Source of the DNA: an uncultured Spirochaetota bacterium
GTDB lineage: Bacteria; Spirochaetota; Spirochaetia; SZUA-6; CAVTHK01
Direction: 5' to 3'
Assembly (NCBI GenBank): GCA_963734495.1
Contig: CAVTHK010000003.1
Span: forward strand, 401,318-465,317
DNA length: 64,000 nucleotides
Position 1 is the first letter of the stretch. Each line of letters begins with the position of its first letter. Positions 39,048-47,495 of the stretch are shown in pieces. The position numbers were made by a program, and so were the translations under genes. Below the pieces are notes generated by a model, which searched no databases, was not told the DNA's origin, and saw only the letters and a list, made by a program, of their open reading frames with translations.

Positions 39048-39986
39048 ATGGAGCAACTGGATCTGCTGCAGGCCGCAGGGACGGACCTGAGGCCTGCATC
39101 GCTGGATTCCCTCGAGTTGACCATGGACCTCGGGGACCTGGCGATCGCCGGCAAGACCGAAGAGACCTTTGACGATCTGATCGCCGGAGAACAATACCGA
39201 AAGGGTAATCTACCTCCGCTGCAGGCCTGCCGTCGGGCCCTGCGTCCGGGCGGCGTCCTCACCCTCACGAATCCCCATCACCCAGCAGACCTCGAGCCCT
39301 ACCTGGATCTGCAGCAGATGCTGCTGAACGCGGCGGGCTTTGTCGGCGTGACCGTCAAGAGCAGACAACCGATCGTCGTGCAGGCGACAGTGCGGCCGCC
39401 GGTGGCCGAGGAGTACGAGCACGGGATGGTTCTGCGGGAGATCATTGACCCCGTCGAGATCCTCGCCTGTCACGAGTTCGCGCGCGAGCTCTACTACTAC
39501 AAGGACTTCAACTATGACCTGGACGTGGTCAGGCAGTTCGACGCGCACGCGGCCATGGGAGCGGTCTACGACCACGCCGGGCGGACCATCGCGGTCGGCC
39601 GCGTGGTCCTGAGGGTCCCCGGGCACAACTGCCCGTTCATGTACGCGATCGAGGACGATGGAGCGCACTACGAAGTCCCCGCCCGCTTCCGCCGCATCTG
39701 CGAGGTCATGGGGTTGTTCAAGGAAGGCCACAGCGGCGTGATCGCGTTCAAGCGGCTGCTGGAGTACCTGACGCAATACGCCTACTACATCGCCGGCGTC
39801 GACAGCATCTGGACGACCTACGACGCGAACGACCCCTTTACGGGCAGCTACTACAAGAGCAAGCTGCTGATGCGGGAGGCCGGGGTCAGGCTGACCTACC
39901 GGGACTTCGGAGGCAAATGGAACCTGATATGGACCGACAGAATCCAGGAGCTGCGCGATCTGCATCGGGATATGTTCAGAAGGTAA
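39048..39986 (+). CDS. Two-domain protein: degenerate SAM-methyltransferase-like N-part plus LuxI/FeeM-like (GNAT-fold) acyltransferase C-part
   Basis: N-part has 'RALRPGGVL' and 'LLNAAGF'. C-part has 'ARELY..', 'QFD', 'AVGRVV', 'CPF', 'ICE' and 'YYKSKLLM..AG'. Start at ATG 39048 after GAGGGA. Confidence 0.55.
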   Translation: MEQLDLLQAAGTDLRPASLDSLELTMDLGDLAIAGKTEETFDDLIAGEQYRKGNLPPLQACRRALRPGGVLTLTNPHHPADLEPYLDLQQMLLNAAGFVGVTVKSRQPIVVQATVRPPVAEEYEHGMVLREIIDPVEILACHEFARELYYYKDFNYDLDVVRQFDAHAAMGAVYDHAGRTIAVGRVVLRVPGHNCPFMYAIEDDGAHYEVPARFRRICEVMGLFKEGHSGVIAFKRLLEYLTQYAYYIAGVDSIWTTYDANDPFTGSYYKSKLLMREAGVRLTYRDFGGKWNLIWTDRIQELRDLHRDMFRR

Positions 39987-41941
39987 GGGCCTTTCTGAAC
40001 GAGGGCCTCCCGCAGTCCGGCGATCTGCGCGAGCAGTACCTCCGCCAGCAGACCGACTCGCTCACGCGGGTCAACCGCGTCGGGGCGTGGCTCGCGACGC
40101 TCCTCGTGGCCTACCTCACCTGGTTCTCCGATCCTGTCGCGTTCCCCGAGTACGCCCCCCAGATGTTCGTGGGACGCATGTACGTGATCGTCCCGGGGGT
40201 GATCGTCATCGTCCTCACGTTCATCCCGGCGCTCCGCCGCTACGGCGTGCTTCTGTCGTTCTTTGTCTATCTCGGCCCCGCGCTGATGATGGCTCACCTC
40301 ACGGCGGTGATGGACAACCACTTCTCGGATGTCGTCGCCTGGACCTTCGTGAACATCATCTTCTGCGGCATCTACCCGCTCCCGCTGCTGTACTCGGCCG
40401 TGGTCGTCCTCATCTCGACAGCCTACTACATCGCGACCTACCTGATGTCCGGCTTCCTGCCGGACCTGGACTTCCGCATGGTGCTCGTCAACGAGCTGAG
40501 CGCCGCCCTGATCACGCTGTTCTTCAAGATCGGAATGGAGCGGGTGCGCAGGCGCGAGTTCGTGTTCCGCATCGGCCTGGAGCGGGCCAACAAGGAGATC
40601 GCCGAGCTCAACGACAAGCTCAAGGACGAGAACCTCCGCCTCAGCCACGAGATCGAGATCGCCCATCACATCCAGAGCATCGTGCTGCCCCAGGAGCGGG
40701 ACTACCAGGCGTTCCGCGACCTGGAGATCTCCTGCCAGATGCTCCCCGCGGCGGAGGTGGGGGGCGACTACTTCGACACGATCCACTTCGGCCCGGACGG
40801 GTTCATCGCGATCGGGGACGTGACCGATCACGGCCTGCACTCCGGGCTCATCATGATGATGGTGCACACCGCGCTGCGCGCCCTGAGCAATGTCGAGCGC
40901 AACGACATCCAGCGGGTCTTCCGCGTCATCAACAAGCTCCTGTACGATTTCCGGCTCAAGACGCAGGACCACCGGATCATGTCGCTGATCATCCTCAAGT
41001 ATCTCGGCGACGGCGAGTTCGTCATGACGGGCCAGCACGAGTCGCTGCTGATCCTCCGCAAGGACGGCACCGTGCAGGACATCGAGTCGCTCGAGTACGG
41101 CATGTACGCGGGGCTGGACGCCAACATCTCGCCCTACCTCAGGCTCCTGAGCTTCCGGCTCGACGTCGACGACGCCCTCGTGCTCTACACGGACGGGGTC
41201 ACCGAGGCCGTCGACGAGCACCAGAGGGCCTTTGGCAGGGAGGGCATCATCGAGGCCGCGCTCGCGGTCAGGACCTCGTCGGCGGACACGATCCGCACGG
41301 CGATCCTGGACGCCTGCCAGAGGCACATCGGGACCGGCCGCCGCTTCGACGACATCTCCATCCTCGTCGTGCGGAGGCAGCAGGACCGCGGCTGGGACGG
41401 CGTGCTCAGCGGCACGATCCATGTCGGCGACAAGATCGATCTGGAGGAGAGCGTCGAGACATCGTTCACCGTGCGCTTCCTGCCCCTCGACATGTTCGAC
41501 AACTGGCAGCGGGGCAGCGTGCTCTCCAACTTCACCGCCGAGTACTTCAGGCACAATTTCCCCGCCGAAGCCGACAGCGGGCTGATCTCGACGGTGGTGA
41601 ACGAGCTGGTCGAGAACGGCGCGAAGTTCTCGGCGAACAACTCGCTCCCGGTCGAGCTCACGCTGAAGAAAGCGAGCACCCGGCTTCTGGTGCGCGCCAC
41701 CAACTCGGTGCCGCACCACCGGTGCGAGCCTTTCATGAACGTCTGCCGCCAGCTCTTCGAACGGAACCTGGACGAGCTCTACGTGGAGCGGATCGCCGAG
41801 GACACGGAGCATCGCGAAGCCTCGGGTCTCGGCCTGCTGCTGGTCAAGAAGGACTATTGTTCCCGGCTCAGCTTTGATTTTCGTTTTGACGAAGATGATA
41901 CAGTACAGGTCTCGGTCACCGCGGAGCTCGCGTTCCGGTGA
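39917..41941 (+). CDS. Membrane (about 6 TM) PP2C/SpoIIE phosphatase fused to a C-terminal slr1658/DUF6272-like HATPase domain
   Basis: TM block, coiled coil 'ANKEIAELNDKLKDENLRL', PP2C motifs 'EVGGDYFD', 'GDVTDHG', 'YTDGVTEA', 'DDI', then 'STVVNELVENGAKFS'. The start codon is uncertain because it overlaps the upstream gene. Confidence 0.88.
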   Translation: MEPDMDRQNPGAARSASGYVQKVRAFLNEGLPQSGDLREQYLRQQTDSLTRVNRVGAWLATLLVAYLTWFSDPVAFPEYAPQMFVGRMYVIVPGVIVIVLTFIPALRRYGVLLSFFVYLGPALMMAHLTAVMDNHFSDVVAWTFVNIIFCGIYPLPLLYSAVVVLISTAYYIATYLMSGFLPDLDFRMVLVNELSAALITLFFKIGMERVRRREFVFRIGLERANKEIAELNDKLKDENLRLSHEIEIAHHIQSIVLPQERDYQAFRDLEISCQMLPAAEVGGDYFDTIHFGPDGFIAIGDVTDHGLHSGLIMMMVHTALRALSNVERNDIQRVFRVINKLLYDFRLKTQDHRIMSLIILKYLGDGEFVMTGQHESLLILRKDGTVQDIESLEYGMYAGLDANISPYLRLLSFRLDVDDALVLYTDGVTEAVDEHQRAFGREGIIEAALAVRTSSADTIRTAILDACQRHIGTGRRFDDISILVVRRQQDRGWDGVLSGTIHVGDKIDLEESVETSFTVRFLPLDMFDNWQRGSVLSNFTAEYFRHNFPAEADSGLISTVVNELVENGAKFSANNSLPVELTLKKASTRLLVRATNSVPHHRCEPFMNVCRQLFERNLDELYVERIAEDTEHREASGLGLLLVKKDYCSRLSFDFRFDEDDTVQVSVTAELAFR

Positions 41942-41953
41942 GGCAATAGGGGA

Positions 41954-42295
41954 ATGGAAGACACATCAGCGGCCTACGCGGTCCGGGTGACGCGGGATTT
42001 CTCGAGGATCTCGTTCAGCGGCACCCTGCGCCTGCAGGGCAGGCAGGAGTACGAAAAGATCTACCGGATGCTCCGGTACGCCGCGAACAAGTCGGGCGAG
42101 AGCCTCGAGATCGACCTGAGGCAGCTGCAGTTCCTCAACAGCTCGGGCGTCTCCACCTTCAGCCTCTTTATCATCGAGATGCGCGAGGTCGGCAAGAAGC
42201 TGTTCATCACCGGGAACAAGCTCGTCGCCTGGCAGAGCAAGTCGCTCGCCAATTTCAGGCGGCTCTACGACAAGGTCGTGGTGAACCTGGTGTGA
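41954..42295 (+). CDS. slr1659-like STAS (anti-anti-sigma-type) protein
   Basis: 'FSGTLRL', 'IDLRQLQFLNSSG' (phospho-acceptor Ser) and 'WQSKSLANFRRL'. Confidence 0.85.
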   Translation: MEDTSAAYAVRVTRDFSRISFSGTLRLQGRQEYEKIYRMLRYAANKSGESLEIDLRQLQFLNSSGVSTFSLFIIEMREVGKKLFITGNKLVAWQSKSLANFRRLYDKVVVNLV

Positions 42296-42364
42296 AAGGG
42301 ACGCCGGCCGGAGGCGATCCGGTTGCGGTCCGGTTGCGCCCCGCCGCGCAGCCGGAGCCCGCCC

Positions 42365-43339
42365 TCACCGGCTCTCGATGAACTTGATCGCCTTGCGCAG
42401 GTCTTCCAGGATGCGCCCCTTCTCGACCGCGCCGACCGAATCCGGCTCGTAGTAGAGCTGCCGCAGCAGGAAGCCGTTGCCGAACTCCTCGTAGTGCGGC
42501 TCGCGCGTCTCTCCGCCCGCCCGCAGGCCGATGATCTTGTAGACCTTGACCGGGAAGTGGATGCCCTTGACTTCGGTAATCTGGGGCCCTTCGACCTCCA
42601 CCATGTCCTTGACCAGGGCGTAGGTCGACTCGCTGATGAAGATCGAGTCGCGGTCCGCGATCTTCTCCAGGCGCGCCGCTATGTTGACCTGGCCCCCGAT
42701 GATCGTGTAGCCCATGCGCTGCTCGGAGCCGAAGTTGCCCACCGTGCAGTAGCCCGTGTTGATGCCGATCCTCAGCGCCAGGCCGTTGGCCGCGCCGGCC
42801 GCCCGCCACTTCCCGCTGAGCTGCTTGACCTTTTCGAGCATCTCGACGGCCATGCGGATGCAGCGCCTGGCGTGGGTCTCGTCGTCGATGAACTGCGGAT
42901 CGCCGAAGAAGATCACGATGGCATCGCCGATGAACTTGTCCACCGTGCCGCCGTAGACGCCCGCGATCGCCGACATCTCCGTGAGGTACTCGTTGAGGAG
43001 CGACGAAAGGGTCTCGGCCTCGAGGGTGTCCGTGACCTCAGTGAACCCCACGATGTCGGAGAAGAACATCGTCAGCTTCACGCGCTTGTGGGTGAGCTTG
43101 GGGCTGAGCTCGCCCCGCATGATCGAGTCGTAGACCTGCGACGGGAGGTACATCTTCATCAGCGTGAGCAGATGGTTGATGTGCTGGTTCTTGCCCTCGA
43201 GCTCGTTCTCGACCACCGTGCCGTGCTCGACCATGTTCTCGTACATGATCTGGAGATCGTTCAGGCGCGCCCTGAGCTTCGCCGCCTCCCCGCCTGTGAT
43301 CGGCGCCCCCGATCCGTTTCCGCTCTTCGACTCGGACAT
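42365..43339 (-). CDS. Soluble class III adenylate/guanylate cyclase with short N-terminal coiled coil
   Basis: 'FFSDIVGFT', 'DKFIGDAI', 'RIGINTG', 'YTIIGGQVNIAARLE'. The N-terminus reads 'DLQIMYENMVEHGTVVENEL'. GGAG SD precedes ATG 43339. Confidence 0.92.
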   Translation of the reverse strand: MSESKSGNGSGAPITGGEAAKLRARLNDLQIMYENMVEHGTVVENELEGKNQHINHLLTLMKMYLPSQVYDSIMRGELSPKLTHKRVKLTMFFSDIVGFTEVTDTLEAETLSSLLNEYLTEMSAIAGVYGGTVDKFIGDAIVIFFGDPQFIDDETHARRCIRMAVEMLEKVKQLSGKWRAAGAANGLALRIGINTGYCTVGNFGSEQRMGYTIIGGQVNIAARLEKIADRDSIFISESTYALVKDMVEVEGPQITEVKGIHFPVKVYKIIGLRAGGETREPHYEEFGNGFLLRQLYYEPDSVGAVEKGRILEDLRKAIKFIESR

Positions 43340-43523
43340 GCGATGGCTCCCTCTCGGTCCCGATGCCGAACGCCAGTGTAGCAGAGCCGCGGCCCGGGAG
43401 GAAGAACAGGGCCCGGAGGAAAATTGAAGGCGGAGGCCCGCCGGCGCCGAGGGGCGCGGGGGACGCCGCCGCCGCGGTTGCCGGGACCGCGCCCATGCCG
43501 CATACTCCGCGCGGGGAGGCGGC

Positions 43524-44933
43524 ATGGACAACGGCGGGGACCGGGTGCAGGGCGCCATCGAGGGGTCGCGCGAGCGGTTCCTTCGGCTGGCCGAGGAGCT
43601 GTGGAATCATCCCGAGGTCTCGTTCCAGGAGGAGCGATCCTCGGCTCTCCAGCGTCAGGCGGCGCGCGAGCTCGGCTTCCGGGTGACGGAGCTCGACCGG
43701 GTGCAGCGGCACGCCTTTGTCGCCGAGTTCGGCGCGGGGTCTCCTGTGATCGCGCTGCTGGGCGAATACGACGCCCTGCCGGGGCTCTCGCAAAGAGTCT
43801 CGGCCGTGCCCGACCCGGTCGTGCCGGGAGGGCCGGGGCACGGGTGCGGCCACAACCTTCTGGGCACCGCCTGTCTTGCGGCGGCGGCCGGGGTCAAGGC
43901 CGCGCTGGAGAGCGGCGCGGTCAGGGGGACGGTCCGCTACATCGGCTGCCCGGCGGAGGAGCAGGTCGCCAAGCCCGTGCTCGCGGCCGCGGGCGTGTTC
44001 GCGGGGCTCGACGCCGTGCTCTGCTGGCATCCCGCCGGCATCAACACGGTGGCGGCCTACGGGACGAACGCCACGGCGGAGCTCGCCTTCACTTTTACCG
44101 GCTCTCCGGCCCACGCGGCCCAGGCGCCTCACCTCGGCCGGTCCGCGCTGGACGCGCTCACGCTCATGAGCGTCGGGGTGGAGTTCCTGCGGGAGCACAT
44201 GAGCCCGTCGGCGCGCATCCACTACATCGTCACGTCGGGCGGCCTGCGGCCGAACATCGTGCCCGCCGCCGCGGCGGGGCTGTTCCAGGTCCGGGCGCCG
44301 CGCGTGCGGGAGGTCCTGGGCCTCATCAAGCGGGTGACGGACGTCGCGCGCGGAGCCGCGCTGATGACGGGCGTGGCCGTGACGTGGGAGCTCGTGCGCG
44401 GCTGCTACGACGTGCTGCCGAACGCGGCGATGTCGGCCGTGCTGCACGAGAGCATGACTCGGATTCCGCTGCCTGCTTACGGCAGCGACGAGCGCGCGCT
44501 CGCCGAGGGTCTGTCGGCGACCTCCAGCCTCGAGCAGAAGCGCACGTCCATGGCGATGCTGGGCCTGGATCCGGCCTCCGCGGAGCGGGTGATCGCCGCG
44601 CCGCTCCACGAAGAGGTGGGAAATTGGGGCGCCGGTTGGACGATTCCCGCCTCGACCGACGTCGGCGACGTGTCGCACCTTGCGCCCACGGCGCAGATCA
44701 ACACGGCGACGTGGCCGGTCGGCGTCGACTCGCACACGTGGCAGGCGACCGCGGCGTCGGGGTCGGGCATCGGCGCCAAGGGGATGCTCTACGCGGCCAA
44801 AGTGCTGGGCTGCGCGGCGTGCGACCTGATGGGCCGGCCCGGCGTGCTCGAGAAAGCTCAGGCGGAGTTCCGGACCGCAACCGCGGGGGAGCCGTACGCA
44901 CCGCTCGCCGATCTGGTCAAGGGGCTCGTATAG
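43524..44933 (+). CDS. M20 family amidohydrolase (AbgB-like)
   Basis: 'HPEVSFQE', 'EYDALPG', 'HGCGHN', 'PAEE', 'GSPAHAA', 'STDVGDVS' and 'HTW'. Confidence 0.92.
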   Translation: MDNGGDRVQGAIEGSRERFLRLAEELWNHPEVSFQEERSSALQRQAARELGFRVTELDRVQRHAFVAEFGAGSPVIALLGEYDALPGLSQRVSAVPDPVVPGGPGHGCGHNLLGTACLAAAAGVKAALESGAVRGTVRYIGCPAEEQVAKPVLAAAGVFAGLDAVLCWHPAGINTVAAYGTNATAELAFTFTGSPAHAAQAPHLGRSALDALTLMSVGVEFLREHMSPSARIHYIVTSGGLRPNIVPAAAAGLFQVRAPRVREVLGLIKRVTDVARGAALMTGVAVTWELVRGCYDVLPNAAMSAVLHESMTRIPLPAYGSDERALAEGLSATSSLEQKRTSMAMLGLDPASAERVIAAPLHEEVGNWGAGWTIPASTDVGDVSHLAPTAQINTATWPVGVDSHTWQATAASGSGIGAKGMLYAAKVLGCAACDLMGRPGVLEKAQAEFRTATAGEPYAPLADLVKGLV

Positions 44934-44959
44934 ATCGGGCGCGGTCCGCCGCCGGGCGA

Positions 44960-45622
44960 TCAGCTCCGCCGCAGGCGGTGCCAGAGGCGAGAGAACAGCA
45001 TCAGGCGCGGGAAGCGGTTTTCCGTGCCCGCGGCGAGCCTCCTGATGTTCGACCGGTGGGTGAAGAAGATCAGAGCGACCAGGGGCAGAGAGAACCAGAA
45101 CAGGATCGGGGACACTTCCATGATCCCCGCGGCATCCAGCGCGAGCAGCACGAACGGGAACGCCGCAGCCGCGACGAGCGAAGCGACCGAAACGATGCCG
45201 GTCGAAAGCAGCACCAGCCCGAAGATGCCCGCGCAGACAACCAGCGGAAGCGGGTAGAGGCTCGCCGCCATGCCGGCCGCGGTCCCGACGCCCTTGCCGC
45301 CGCGGAAACCGGCAAAGATCGTCCAGATGTGTCCGGCTACGGCCGCGCATCCGGCGGCGATCTGCACGAGCTCGCGGGGCGCCGCTTCGGGCGGGGCCAG
45401 ACGCGCGATCAACAGGGTCGCGAGCACGCCCTTGCCGACGTCGACGACGACGGTCGGGACGCCGCCCTTCCACCCGAAGACCCGGAACGCGTTCGTCCCG
45501 CCCGCATTGCCCGACCCCTGCTCCCGCGGGTCCCTGCCGAAAAGCAGCTTGCCGATGATAATGCTCGTCGGGATCGATCCGGCGAGATAGGAAAGCAGGA
45601 CGACGAGGCCCACCTGCAGCAC
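44960..45622 (-). CDS. plsY: Glycerol-3-phosphate 1-O-acyltransferase PlsY
   Basis: 'YLAGSIP', 'GSGNAGGTNAFR', 'DVGKG', 'GHIWTIF.GFRGGKGVGT' and 'HRSNIRRL..GTE'. GTG at 45622 sits 2 nt after the upstream stop. Confidence 0.93.
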   Translation of the reverse strand: MLQVGLVVLLSYLAGSIPTSIIIGKLLFGRDPREQGSGNAGGTNAFRVFGWKGGVPTVVVDVGKGVLATLLIARLAPPEAAPRELVQIAAGCAAVAGHIWTIFAGFRGGKGVGTAAGMAASLYPLPLVVCAGIFGLVLLSTGIVSVASLVAAAAFPFVLLALDAAGIMEVSPILFWFSLPLVALIFFTHRSNIRRLAAGTENRFPRLMLFSRLWHRLRRS

Positions 45623-45624
45623 GG

Positions 45625-47433
45625 TCAGCTCCCGGCGAGGTAGGCGAGCCCCACGGCGCCCTCGCCGATGTGGTTGGCGAGGACCGTGGTGGCTTCGACG
45701 ACGAACGTCGGACGGCTCAACGTGAAGGTCTCCGCGATCCGGTCCCGGAACCACTCCGCGTCCTCGAGCGCGTCCGCGTGGGCGACGGCGAATTCGACCG
45801 GAGCCTGCCGGGGGATCTCGCGCCGCAGCGTCTCGAGGATGCGCCGGCGCCCGCCTTTCACGCCAAAGACCGTCGCGCCTTGCACGGCCCTGCCGCCCGA
45901 CTCGGCGCTGAGGCGGATCAGGGGCTTGAGGTCGAGCAGGCCGGCGACGAACCCTTTGACCCGGCCGACCCTGCCGCTGCGGACGAGGTTCTCCAGCGAG
46001 CGGACCGCGAGGTGGATCCGGACGCGCGGGATCAGCGCGTTGACGAGAGCGATCACCTCGTCCTTCTCGGCGCCCCGCTCGATCGCCTCGGCGGCGCGGC
46101 GGACGATGAGCCCCATCCCGATGGAGGTGGTCATCGAGTCGACGACGGTCACGTCGCCTCCGGCGAGCCGCGCCCCCGTGCGGGCGGAGTCGTAGGTGCC
46201 GCTCAGAGCGGCGGGGAGCGTGAGCACCAGGGTCGAGGCGTAGTAGCGCCGCAGGAACTCGAGCTTGCCGCGGAAGTCCGCGGGCGCCGGCTGTGAGGTC
46301 GTGGCGCAGCTCCGCCGGCTCCTGCGCATCATCTCGAAAAGCGTCCGCGGATCGATCGTGAGCTTGTCGAGGTAGGCGCGGCCTTCGAAGAGGAGGACGC
46401 AGGGGACGACGTGGATGGTGTGCCTTTGCCACGCCTCGTCCGGCAGGTCGCACGAGGAGTCCACGACGAGCGCGAGCTGCCCGTGAGGCGTGTGCGCCGC
46501 GCTGTACTGCGCCACCATGTCCTCGACGCGCTGGCCGGTGACCGCCCCGTGCCGTTCGACGCGCCGCAGCGCCTCGGCCGGCGCGTCGCAGTGCAGGTGC
46601 ACCTTGAGCCTTGACGTCGAGCCCGCTACGATCAGCGAATCGCCGAGATCGTTCAGCTCGCCGCGGACCGCCTTCGCGTCCATCTCCCGCCCGTCGACGA
46701 CGAGCTGCGTGCAGTAGCGGTGCGCGGGCCGCTCGCACACCTCGACGGGGAGCGCCGCGTCCTCCTCCGGCGCCTGCTCCTCGCGATCAGCCTCGCGGAT
46801 GCGGCCGTGGGCGATAAAGGCCGTGATGCCCGAAAGGAGATGCACGAGGCCCTGAGCGCCCGCGTCCACGACGCCCGCTCGGGCCAGGACCGCGAGCTTC
46901 TCTTTCGTCTGTTCCAGTGAGCGGACAGCGGCCTGGTACGAATGCGGGAGGACCACCGCAAAGTCATCGGAGCGCGAGCCCCACTCGGCGAGGGCGTCGC
47001 CCCACTCGCGGAGCACGGTGAGGATGGTGCCCTCCCGCGGCTCGGAGATCGCATCGTAGGGGTAGGCGACCGCGCGGGCGACGCCGAGGCCGAAGATCCG
47101 CGTCGTCACCTGCACCGCGTCGACCAGCTCCTGGGCAAGCCCGTGGAGGAATTGCGCGAGGATGGTGCCGCTCGAGCCGCGCGCCCCCGAGAGCGCCAGG
47201 TCCGCGACGATGCGCAGCATCCTGTGCATCGTGCGCTCGCGGCTCGGGAGGATCCCGTCGACCACGGTGCGGAGCGTGCCGGCCATGTTCGTGCCGGTGT
47301 CTCCGTCGGCTACGGGAAACACGTTGATCGCGTTGAGGTGTTCCTTGTGTGCGATGAGATGCCGGGTGGCAGCGATCAGCGCCCGGCGCAGCCGGAGACC
47401 GTTCAAGTAGCGGATCCGTGGTCGCTGCGTCAA
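45625..47433 (-). CDS. DAK2 (FakA-like) - DegV (FakB-like) fusion: fatty-acid kinase
   Basis: DAK2 'INVFPVADGDTGTNM', 'ARGSSGTIL', 'EGTILTV', 'VVDAG'; then DegV 'VDSSCDL', 'TTSQP', 'LSGTY', 'VRSGRV' and 'NHIGEG'. Confidence 0.92.
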   Translation of the reverse strand: MTQRPRIRYLNGLRLRRALIAATRHLIAHKEHLNAINVFPVADGDTGTNMAGTLRTVVDGILPSRERTMHRMLRIVADLALSGARGSSGTILAQFLHGLAQELVDAVQVTTRIFGLGVARAVAYPYDAISEPREGTILTVLREWGDALAEWGSRSDDFAVVLPHSYQAAVRSLEQTKEKLAVLARAGVVDAGAQGLVHLLSGITAFIAHGRIREADREEQAPEEDAALPVEVCERPAHRYCTQLVVDGREMDAKAVRGELNDLGDSLIVAGSTSRLKVHLHCDAPAEALRRVERHGAVTGQRVEDMVAQYSAAHTPHGQLALVVDSSCDLPDEAWQRHTIHVVPCVLLFEGRAYLDKLTIDPRTLFEMMRRSRRSCATTSQPAPADFRGKLEFLRRYYASTLVLTLPAALSGTYDSARTGARLAGGDVTVVDSMTTSIGMGLIVRRAAEAIERGAEKDEVIALVNALIPRVRIHLAVRSLENLVRSGRVGRVKGFVAGLLDLKPLIRLSAESGGRAVQGATVFGVKGGRRRILETLRREIPRQAPVEFAVAHADALEDAEWFRDRIAETFTLSRPTFVVEATTVLANHIGEGAVGLAYLAGS

Positions 47434-47442
47434 CTGAGGGAA

Positions 47443-47471
47443 ACCCTACGGTCGCCCCGCCGAAAAGTCAA
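47443..47471 (-). promoter_or_regulatory. sigma70 promoter TTGACT-N17-TAGGGT for the fakAB-plsY operon
   Basis: Minus-strand hexamers at 47471-47466 and 47448-47443. The TTG start is 9 nt downstream with no clear SD. Confidence 0.55.
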
Positions 47472-47495
47472 GCCCAGCGGACTGCGGATGATGCG

